Shown: piece after piece, positions 49,101-56,353 of the stretch | How positions within the stretch are numbered: the stretch's first letter is position 1 | Layout: each line of letters opens with the position of its first letter | Source: an uncultured Muribaculaceae bacterium | Lineage (GTDB): Bacteria; Bacillota_I; Bacilli_A; RF39; UBA660 | Length of the DNA: 64,000 bases | Reading direction: 5' to 3' | NCBI GenBank assembly: GCA_964425325.1 | Contig: CAYRLX010000004.1 | Coordinates: forward strand, 4,577-68,576 | The notes under the pieces: model-generated | What the model was told of the DNA's origin: nothing | What the model saw: only the letters and a program-made list of their open reading frames with translations | Databases searched by the model: none | Position numbers and translations under genes: made by a program

Positions 49101-52100
49101 ACCATTACCACCAGCATACGCACTTCCGCCTATATTAGAATCAGTAATTTTAACAGTAGTATTTCCAAGAATTTCTCCTAAATTACCACCACCAAATAAA
49201 TCACCAGTAATAGAAGAAGACTTAAAATCTATAATAGTATTAAAATTAACAGCAGCATTATTTCCACCACCAAAGAAATTATTATTAATATGCACACCAT
49301 TTACCTTGACATTTGTATAATCAGTCTCTGCATTGTTGCCACCACCGTAAATATTATCATATACCCCGCCAGTAATATCAATATTAGCAGTCTTAGTTTT
49401 ACCACCATCATTATTTCCACCATAAATAGATCCTACAGAAAGATTATTTGAACTATTAGATTTAACATTACTAACTAAAACCTCACCAGCTGAATTACTA
49501 CCACCATATACTGAAGTAGCAGATCCACTATTTAAGCTAACATTTGTAGTACTTACACCAGCACTATTACCGCCTCCAAATAAAGAAGTAACAGCTCCTC
49601 CATTTAAAGTAATATTAGAAGTAACAGTAGAAGCTTTATTACCACCACCATAAGCTGTTCCTATAGAACCTCTATTTAAAAATACATTAGAAGTAGTAGT
49701 CTCACCACCATCATTGTTACCGCCATACACTAAAGGCACATTAGAATTAACATATACATAAGACTCTTTTACAGTTCCATCTTGATTAGAGCCCCCATAC
49801 ACACCTGTAGTAATAGTTCCTCCGTTTATATTAACTAAAGACCTAGTTGAAACATTCGCGCTTTGTCCTCCGCCAAATATAGTTGAAACTGTTCCGCCAC
49901 TAACATTTACATTAGTGTTAACCGTATCAGCTTCCTTTCCACCACCGTATATTACCCCAGCAGTTCCAGAAGAGACATTGACAGTTGTATTATTAACAGA
50001 TCCAGCAGCATTATTTCCACCATAAATACAGTTAGTAGTTCCACCTAAAACATTAACAGTTACCTCTCCAAGTGGAGTTCCGTTCGCATTATTACCACCA
50101 TATACATTATTCGTGTTAGCACCATTTATGTTAACAGTAATATCTCCGGCTACAAGTGGCTCATGATCACTATCACCCTTACCGCCACCAAAGACATTAT
50201 TTAATGTACCATTATTTATATTGACGGTAGTTTTATAATTAGACTTACTAGTAGTTAAAGAAGCACTATTTACAGTACCAAAAGCACTACCACCATATAT
50301 ATCACCAGTAATTACTAAAGATGAATTATTTTCACCAGCATTAACAGTAACATCACGCTCTATAAAAGTATTCTGACCATATCCACCACCAAAAACATTC
50401 GCTGATTTACCACTTAATAAATTAATATTACTAGAGCCGTATACTACACCTTTACTATTACTACCACCATAAATAGAATTCTTAACCTCACCACCATCTA
50501 AAATAATATTGATAGTAGATACTACCTCACCTTCCTTACCAGAACCGCTATTATTACCAGAACCAAACACAGACCCATTAACAGTTCCACCAAGAATCTT
50601 TATATTAGTTTGACTAGTTGATGTCGCACTGTACCCAACAGTACCAAAGTTACCACTACCATAAACATCACCTTTTATAGTAGCTCCATCATTTATAACA
50701 ATATTAGAATTTTTAACAGAACCAATAGTTTCATAAGTAGAATTACCATTTCCAGCACCAAACACATTACCAGAAACAACACCAAATAAATTGTTATTAT
50801 CGCTGCCTATTATAGAGTCATTGCCTATAGTCGCGCTTCCTCCAATATAAACATAACTGTCACCAGTTAAAGTACCATCAGTACTCTCACCATCGACACC
50901 ATTACTACCACCGATAACACCATAATTCACTCTTCCACCAGTAATCTGAATAATCCTATTTCCATAAGTTGTAGATGTACCAGCTCCGCCAGTAACTAAA
51001 TCAATTTCTCCTCCCTTAACATACATCGTACATGCATTTAAAGAAGCCTTACTATTATCAGTACTTGGAGCCCCAATTAAATTATAAATGTATCCGCCTT
51101 CCATAATAAACTCTCTAGGTGCATAGTGAGAGCCACCATATCTTGCCCCAACATAAATACCAGTAGTTAAATCATACTTCCCAGTCCCAAAACTTCCACT
51201 TTTTACAGTAGTAGTCAAAACAGGATTATAAGTGTCATTAGAAGAGTGCAGATACCCGCTCCAGCTTGCAGCCGAAGAATAATAAAGTTCAAGCTCATTG
51301 TTTACCCCTCTAGCCCTGTCATAATCATTTCCATAAGTAAGATAAGCTTCAGCATATAAAGTAGGCATATTTCTAGTTGTAGTAGTCGCTCCATAAGTTC
51401 CTGTCGCAGAATTATAAAAACCACTTTCTACTTCAAACTTATACCTTCTAGGATCAGAAGAAGAACCAACAGTAGTACTTCTAGTTACATTTAAAGCACC
51501 TTGAACTGAATTAAAATTGGCATTATCCCCACTTCTTTTAATTCCTCTTCCAATTTTAACATTATTGTAATTAGCATAAAAAACCCCATCCCCATCATTA
51601 CTAATAGAAGGAGCAGTATTAGAGTTTCCATACTCACTATTGATTGTTAAATTTTCTATTCGAAGATCAGTATATGCAATAACACTTGTATTAGATACAT
51701 TCCAAGTAGGATTATAATCACGTCCATTATAAATACCAGTTAAAGTAAAAGGCCTAGTAAATGTAGTTCCCCATGAAGAACTCATATTACCATTCATAAC
51801 AACTATATTAGTATCTCTTGTACCCAAATAATAATAAGTCTCATTAGAATCATATAAATTGGGGTTAGAAGATGAATCATAATACTGAACAAGTTCATAT
51901 AAAGAGCACGTATTACTCGTGCAAGTTCCACTTTGTAAATCTCCAGCATTATTATAATATCCCTCTATACTAGCTCCTCTTCGAATACTTACTCGTCTAA
52001 AATAACCAGCCATATTCATATTAGAATCAAATAAATCATCTTCTTTAGTACCTATAATAGTAGGAGATAAATTCACTAAATACATTCGATTATTATAAAA

Positions 52101-53078
52101 CCTGTAATAAGTCTCATTAGGACTATAAGTATCATTAGAATCAAGTAAATAATATACCGTACAATCATTAGTATACTCACCCTCACTAGGCCACATTCCA
52201 ACATTAGGAGCTGCGCAGCTATAAGGATTATTCTCACCATGATAAGTACCATTTCCTTCATAGCAATTAGTACATGTCCCATATTCAGTTTCAATATCGG
52301 GATTCCACCAATAACCACTAACAGTAGAAACAGTAGTAATAGTCTCAGCTCTATAATAACCAGCCACATCAGGATTTTGATATAAATTAGTATCGACAGT
52401 TATTTGATGCATCGCATTAGTATCTAAACTACTTAAAGCATTAGAAAAACTATTATTAGAATTAACATAAGCTACTTTGCCCTTAGTCCATCTAGCATAT
52501 AAATTAATCTCTATTTTATTAGGTTTTCCATTACTATAAGTTACAGGTACCTTTAAAAATCTTCTATAATAAACACTATCATAACTTATACTAGAACCAT
52601 TATAATCACAAACCCATCCATTAAAAACCAAATCGTTAGGATGATTAGTAAAAGGATTATCGATAAGCTCAATATTTATATAACCATTCTCTACCGGATA
52701 AAATTTATAATAGACAAATTTTTTCTGAAGTTCTTCAGTTTTCAAAGAAACATACCCAGTATATTTGCCTTCCTTATCAGTTCCATTATAATTTAAAGTA
52801 ACCTCTACTAAATTAGAATCATTATAAATATTTTTATCATCTAAACTAGGAGTAGTCATATTAGAACTATAAGTATAATTTTGACCAGTGTAATAATAAT
52901 AATCTTTCTCAAAATCATTTAAATAAACAGTATCACCACTGATACCCTGAGATACCGTATTCGCATCGCCAAAAGTTTTTAAACTTCCATAAGTAAAAGC
53001 AAAAGAAGTGATAGAAATTATAGCAGCCAAAAAAACTAATAAAGCCCTATTTTTGTTCCTTATTATTTTATTAACCAC
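46101..53078 (-). CDS. giant secreted beta-solenoid protein (2325 aa), candidate adhesin or fibre component
   Basis: GTG start after a perfect RBS AAGGAGGTGAT. Signal anchor ALLVFLAAIISITSFAFTYGS. Residues about 680-1460 are roughly 20-aa repeats of the form x-V-x-V/I-x-G-G-x-V/I-x-x-V/I-Y/F-G-G-G/S-N. No LPXTG sorting signal. Confidence 0.8.
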   Translation of the reverse strand: MVNKIIRNKNRALLVFLAAIISITSFAFTYGSLKTFGDANTVSQGISGDTVYLNDFEKDYYYYTGQNYTYSSNMTTPSLDDKNIYNDSNLVEVTLNYNGTDKEGKYTGYVSLKTEELQKKFVYYKFYPVENGYINIELIDNPFTNHPNDLVFNGWVCDYNGSSISYDSVYYRRFLKVPVTYSNGKPNKIEINLYARWTKGKVAYVNSNNSFSNALSSLDTNAMHQITVDTNLYQNPDVAGYYRAETITTVSTVSGYWWNPDIETEYGTCTNCYEGNGTYHGENNPYSCAAPNVGMWPSEGEYTNDCTVYYLLDSNDTYSPNETYYRFYNNRMYLVNLSPTIIGTKEDDLFDSNMNMAGYFRRVSIRRGASIEGYYNNAGDLQSGTCTSNTCSLYELVQYYDSSSNPNLYDSNETYYYLGTRDTNIVVMNGNMSSSWGTTFTRPFTLTGIYNGRDYNPTWNVSNTSVIAYTDLRIENLTINSEYGNSNTAPSISNDGDGVFYANYNNVKIGRGIKRSGDNANFNSVQGALNVTRSTTVGSSSDPRRYKFEVESGFYNSATGTYGATTTTRNMPTLYAEAYLTYGNDYDRARGVNNELELYYSSAASWSGYLHSSNDTYNPVLTTTVKSGSFGTGKYDLTTGIYVGARYGGSHYAPREFIMEGGYIYNLIGAPSTDNSKASLNACTMYVKGGEIDLVTGGAGTSTTYGNRIIQITGGRVNYGVIGGSNGVDGESTDGTLTGDSYVYIGGSATIGNDSIIGSDNNNLFGVVSGNVFGAGNGNSTYETIGSVKNSNIVINDGATIKGDVYGSGNFGTVGYSATSTSQTNIKILGGTVNGSVFGSGNNSGSGKEGEVVSTINIILDGGEVKNSIYGGSNSKGVVYGSSNINLLSGKSANVFGGGYGQNTFIERDVTVNAGENNSSLVITGDIYGGSAFGTVNSASLTTSKSNYKTTVNINNGTLNNVFGGGKGDSDHEPLVAGDITVNINGANTNNVYGGNNANGTPLGEVTVNVLGGTTNCIYGGNNAAGSVNNTTVNVSSGTAGVIYGGGKEADTVNTNVNVSGGTVSTIFGGGQSANVSTRSLVNINGGTITTGVYGGSNQDGTVKESYVYVNSNVPLVYGGNNDGGETTTSNVFLNRGSIGTAYGGGNKASTVTSNITLNGGAVTSLFGGGNSAGVSTTNVSLNSGSATSVYGGSNSAGEVLVSNVKSNSSNNLSVGSIYGGNNDGGKTKTANIDITGGVYDNIYGGGNNAETDYTNVKVNGVHINNNFFGGGNNAAVNFNTIIDFKSSSITGDLFGGGNLGEILGNTTVKITDSNIGGSAYAGGNGNTAVVHGNTNIKILGTSDITSHVFGGGNAANTGTESTNSSISHVNIAGGVIHGNVYGGANTAVLYGNSILNIGYNQDQKSDIKIYGTVFGGGEANASGSPKYDFSFIGVTKGIDVNIDGDGYNNFDILGSIFGSGNASSTSGYSKINISNYGTFNDYKENVSIQRTDELTIKNSSIKLEGATDRTNEFSTVEFSLSRIKKLVLANDSTLFLDTGANLLEEFYSAKIDGDNVTKATVNITDSGSYTRNVNNRVYMFNGKNLNIATNEYATAYGNVSGMTFFGMYKLDRNGKIITALYDNKYTNGSDAPTDLYAFTLGSYVMGAHKSNHNISKDGFYSNYPDEENEGKIKVKYVIPSPEDGPYYRWSIGEQVKTYDISLAASKYSTLGTTELPLIFNNEANTTFQILGFNYDDIEDGFELVKSSDIPRINFDGTADTKMGLAFEPSNTGFVNSGSTQFLTNSSNPIYGTRSYTSENSESAPSLLFYLYHSKNISISREIGTVVISLQTVTPIDELNDRIGRVNINVTLSSALFSEDKYEGSMTSGEKHEMFASLPTNINTKSTLSAYYSLFMNSENSYYKSTYNHALVSNYMFPAKTKITMLDLIDNQKYYYVVDDNGNNEACRDFNTYGECAYKFSNFIKMGSTSLNNTFDESKNASKYYFNDSKTVNEEFIFIVNFEDTEIEGNKLGNTLFVELRDRENTLINLLGIQRSALTYNLYDNSDAKMDIEGEFSDSTIYKGDIANVDLTGNFTQPIVGSLPVVDTSHFDKKPGVKITIYDSSGNQLNNSSLLGLAYKVDDTYYYPRMDGSVRIALTDKVANIFKRIKIDTTNLNLASGSYVLKIESFTSPDGIYYGSLAQDSIELPFTMINSSYGLKVKLTDEEMIIDKTTGYTKNDNNILNFTLGYNSSFASPNIRVSLYRRLYDDVYSYDYEKVNLTDYVTNNLTSTGEGEYMFIDDPVDGMNKALYLKSLLVSGTYKFVFSLYDGDTFIGDVIQYVIIK

Positions 53079-53092
53079 TATATATCACCTCC

Positions 53093-54070
53093 TTAAGAAG
53101 GATTAATAGTAAATTTTAAATCAAAAGTAATATCTCCATACGATGCATTATCCTCACAATCTACATCTTGTCCTTCAATCCACATATAAATTCTCATTTT
53201 TGTCACGCTAGGCTGTAAATCAGCAATTTTTTGATTAGCTCCACCATTTTTAGGAGTTTCAATACCAATACCTACATTCTTAAATAAACCAGGATATGTA
53301 CCAGCATTAGCACTTGAAATAGGAATATTAAGATTAGAAGGAATTACTGCAGTAACCCCATCATAACTAAGTCTAGAAGCCCCATTTAAAGATGTAGAAA
53401 TCCCATAAACATCTCTTGCATGAGAAACTCCATATTCTGTATGCACATCATAATTTGGTTCCCAAATAACCACATCAAGTCCATTATTTAAGCTTTGTGA
53501 AATACTAGGATTATCCGCACTACTACCCTCTGTAATAAAAGCTATTCTAGTCGCATTTTCAATACCAGAATTAGCATCCCCAGTATACTCTACCTTAGAA
53601 CTACCATCTAAATAAAGTTCCTTAGAACTATTAACCCTGAAGAAAACATCAAAAGCGATAAAATTACCATCACTTTCTTCACCAAAACCCTCAGTTTCCA
53701 TAGACCTGTCAGCTACCAATATAAAGTTATCTACACTATTAGTCGCATTACCGACAAACAACTCAAGCTTTCCATCACTAACATTTCCACCAGAAGATAC
53801 AGGATTCATCCTATAAGGAAGTTGATTAACACTCCCAGAATACTTTTCTCTTGCACTCATAATATCCGAAACTGTAACAACCTGTTTCCAATCTATCGCA
53901 TTAGTACTAACTTCAAGTCCACCATCAGTTTGAACATGAACATTAAGTGAATCAATAGAAACCATTCTATTCGCACTAAACCAAGCAAAAGTAGTAGTCA
54001 TTAAAAGAAGAGAACTAAAAAAAAGGGGAATTAATAATTTTCGTCTTCTATTTTGTTTTTCTTTCTTCAA
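53093..54070 (-). CDS. secreted TasA-like protein, paralogue of 40752-41828
   Basis: TTG start 8 nt after GGAGG. Signal ending TTTFAWFSAN. C-terminal MRIYMWIEGQDVDCEDNAS. Confidence 0.65.
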   Translation of the reverse strand: MKKEKQNRRRKLLIPLFFSSLLLMTTTFAWFSANRMVSIDSLNVHVQTDGGLEVSTNAIDWKQVVTVSDIMSAREKYSGSVNQLPYRMNPVSSGGNVSDGKLELFVGNATNSVDNFILVADRSMETEGFGEESDGNFIAFDVFFRVNSSKELYLDGSSKVEYTGDANSGIENATRIAFITEGSSADNPSISQSLNNGLDVVIWEPNYDVHTEYGVSHARDVYGISTSLNGASRLSYDGVTAVIPSNLNIPISSANAGTYPGLFKNVGIGIETPKNGGANQKIADLQPSVTKMRIYMWIEGQDVDCEDNASYGDITFDLKFTINPS

Positions 54071-54758
54071 AGTGTTCCTCCATTATTTCCATTTTTAATT
54101 TTAACTCTCCCCCTATTATCGCATCCACACAATCAGGATCATCCCCTTCTAAATAAATAACTACAGTAAATCTATCACTTTCCATAGGTTTTAGACCTTT
54201 TCTTTGTTTTAAAACAGTATACTTATTTGAATGAAAAGGTGTTGTATCAGGCTCAGGACTATCAGTAAGCTCATTTTTTTTAGCATAAACAGTCTTTACA
54301 CCATTTTCATATATCGCAATTCGAACAGCCTCGTCCACATTTTTAATAACATCAAGCATTTTAATAGAATACCAATAATTAATAACTTGATCACTAGTAT
54401 TACCGACATAAAAAGAATAAGCAATATAATTATCACCATTATGACTCCCATCTTTCTCACTATCGATGTTTGCTGGAAGCCAATCACCAGAAATGTTATC
54501 CATAAAATCAAGTTCTTTCGCATAAAGCTTATTTTGATATCTAATATCGCCTTTATTTTCGTAAAGTACAATCCCACTTTTTAAAGAAAAATTAGGATCC
54601 AAAGTAACAGTAAAATGACCACCCTTATAAACAATAGATAAGATAAAAAAAGATAAAATAAGAACTAAAAAAGAAACAAAAACAACTATTTTAGTAATCT
54701 TAAGTCTCTTTTTTCTCTTCTCTAATTTAGAAGCCGTAACTTTAACTGTTCCTGCCAT
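54048..54758 (-). CDS. membrane-anchored extracellular protein, distant member of the same family
   Basis: TM anchor IVVFVSFLVLILSFFILSIVY. The C-terminal VVIYLEGDDPDCVDAIIGGELKLKMEI matches the EGxDxDC block of the 325/358-aa proteins. First gene of the operon. Confidence 0.6.
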   Translation of the reverse strand: MAGTVKVTASKLEKRKKRLKITKIVVFVSFLVLILSFFILSIVYKGGHFTVTLDPNFSLKSGIVLYENKGDIRYQNKLYAKELDFMDNISGDWLPANIDSEKDGSHNGDNYIAYSFYVGNTSDQVINYWYSIKMLDVIKNVDEAVRIAIYENGVKTVYAKKNELTDSPEPDTTPFHSNKYTVLKQRKGLKPMESDRFTVVIYLEGDDPDCVDAIIGGELKLKMEIMEEHFEERKTK

Positions 54759-54784
54759 AATCACACATCCCTATTCTTATATAA

Positions 54785-54814
54785 ATTTTATCATATTTTG
54801 TCATATAATGTAAA
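54785..54814 (-). promoter_or_regulatory. candidate promoter of the island operon
   Basis: Minus strand TTTACA (54809-54814), 18 nt, TGaTAAAAT (-10 at 54785-54790). Confidence 0.45.
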
Positions 54815-54871
54815 CCAATATCAGAAATGTTAATTTAAATTTGCAACCCCAATTAACAAATAAAGATTTTT

Positions 54872-54900
54872 TTGACAAAAACATATACTTGTGTTAATAT
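54872..54900 (+). promoter_or_regulatory. sigma-70 promoter of sRNA (TA locus 2)
   Basis: TTGACA (54872-54877), 17 nt, TGtTAATAT (to 54900). Confidence 0.6.
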
Positions 54901-54906
54901 GTATGT

Positions 54907-55019
54907 AGCAAGAGAAGTTGCATATAATAAAAAAGAGGAACATTTAATTTTGCAAGTGAATGCCTCCTCAATTAATTGGGTTAGACACTCTATCTAAGCA
55001 GATGAGTGTCTATTTTTTT
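54907..55019 (+). ncRNA. structured sRNA of about 113 nt, candidate type I antitoxin (locus 2)
   Basis: Homologue of 958-1074. Hairpins GCAA-GAGAAG-TTGC and GAGG..CATTTA-loop-TGAATG..CCTC. Contains CCTCC, complementary to the toxin SD. Terminator TAGACACTC..GAGTGTCTA plus T-run. Confidence 0.5.
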
Positions 55020-55102
55020 ATAACTAATACCAATAAGGTAAGAAGTGATAAAATGATACAGATGTATCTTAAAAGTTTAATTACATAAACTCTTTTTTTC
55101 AT
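55010..55102 (-). CDS. 30-aa hydrophobic peptide, candidate type I toxin (locus 2)
   Basis: ATG 9 nt after GGAGG. Peptide MKKRVYVIKLLRYICIILSLLTLLVLVIKK. The stop codon lies inside the sRNA terminator stem. Below the track cutoff. Confidence 0.5.
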   Translation of the reverse strand: MKKRVYVIKLLRYICIILSLLTLLVLVIKK

Positions 55103-55166
55103 CAATATCTACCTCCTTCCTTTTTAAGGTTTGGAGGACGACACTCACATTAAATGTTCCAAGTTC

Positions 55167-55195
55167 ATTATACAAAACATTTGTTCTTGTGACAA
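55167..55195 (-). promoter_or_regulatory. promoter of toxin-like mRNA (locus 2)
   Basis: Minus strand TTGTCA (55190-55195), 17 nt, TATAAT (55167-55172). The leader contains TCCTCC, able to pair with the SD GGAGG. Confidence 0.5.
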
Positions 55196-55296
55196 TACAT
55201 TTTACTAATTTTTTTAATATTACTCATTATTTCCATAAAATGTATCATCTGACTTTTAATTAAGAACAAATATCAAAAAATAACTATATAAAATAG

Positions 55297-55593
55297 CTAT
55301 TTTTTCTCACTTCTTCTAAGACCAAAATCAAAATCACTGTTATCCACCGCACTCATAGAAATAGTCTTAAATAAATCATCTAAATTTAAATTATTACTAA
55401 CATCATTAATCTTTTCATCTTCTGAATATATATCTAAAACCTCTATATCCTCATCAGAAGAATCTGAAGTAGGCTTTACAATGTCATCAATATTAAAATT
55501 AGATTTAACATTTTTTTTATTTTTAAGTATTTTAAATATTAAAAAGCCACCAACAATTATAACGATAAAAAGGATAATTAAAAATAAAATCAT
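55297..55593 (-). CDS. small membrane protein with an acidic tail
   Basis: 98 aa with N-terminal TM ILFLIILFIVIIVGGFLIF and then a D/E/S-rich region. RBS GAAGGTAGG. Confidence 0.5.
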   Translation of the reverse strand: MILFLIILFIVIIVGGFLIFKILKNKKNVKSNFNIDDIVKPTSDSSDEDIEVLDIYSEDEKINDVSNNLNLDDLFKTISMSAVDNSDFDFGLRRSEKK

Positions 55594-55739
55594 AATACCA
55601 GCCTACCTTCTAAAATAATTCTACCACACAAAGAACTATTTTAAAACCCCAAACTAAACACATATTTACACATTTAAAAAATATATAATATATTTTTAAA
55701 TAAAGAAATGATATAATAAAAAAAAGAATGGAGGCAAAT

Positions 55740-56330
55740 ATGACTAAAGATAAAAAAATAAAATTATTAATAGCTATTATTGCCCTATTCATATGCATAA
55801 TACAAATAAAAGAAACATACGCCAAATATATAGAATCAAAAGATGGGGATGCTCAGTTTACAGTAGCAAGCTGGAAAATAAAAATAAATAATAGTGATAT
55901 AACACAATCGGCAAACCTATCTTCATTAATAAACCCCGTATATGAATCTAACACAAATATAAAAGATGGCGTAATCGCACCAGGAAGTCAAGGATATTTT
56001 GATATCGATATAGATGCATCAAACACAGAAGTTTCATTTAATTATGAAATAACAATCACTCCATCAGAAGAAAGTGACGTAACAGACCTCATAATATATG
56101 CATATAAAATAAACAACGGAGAAATAACAAATATAGAAAACAATGTTAATACAATAACAAATAGAATAAATAACATAGATGAAAATAAAACACTATCATT
56201 GAGAATATACTTTAAATGGTTAGATGGTGAAGGAGAAGAGATGAACAATGCAGCAGACACAGCAGCAGCTGTTGGAAGAGGAACTGGAAAAATAAATGTA
56301 AACGCTAAATTTACCCAAGTAATAAACTAA
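55740..56330 (+). CDS. small secreted beta-rich protein, TasA/camelysin-like (paralogue of 43034-43603)
   Basis: ATG at 55740, 5 nt after GGAGG. Signal LLIAIIALFICIIQIKETYAKYIES, then VASWKIKINN. Confidence 0.6.
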   Translation: MTKDKKIKLLIAIIALFICIIQIKETYAKYIESKDGDAQFTVASWKIKINNSDITQSANLSSLINPVYESNTNIKDGVIAPGSQGYFDIDIDASNTEVSFNYEITITPSEESDVTDLIIYAYKINNGEITNIENNVNTITNRINNIDENKTLSLRIYFKWLDGEGEEMNNAADTAAAVGRGTGKINVNAKFTQVIN

Positions 56331-56353
56331 AAAAGTGACTAAAAATCACTTTT
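56331..56353. terminator. bidirectional terminator
   Basis: AAAAGTGA-CTAAAAA-TCACTTTT between convergent genes. Confidence 0.5.

Noticed and set aside
48700-51050. Highly repetitive DNA that could be mistaken for a CRISPR or tandem-repeat array
   Set aside because: The periodicity is imperfect, the stretch lies within one uninterrupted 6978-nt reading frame, and it translates into coherent GGxN beta-solenoid repeats. There is no repeat-spacer structure.
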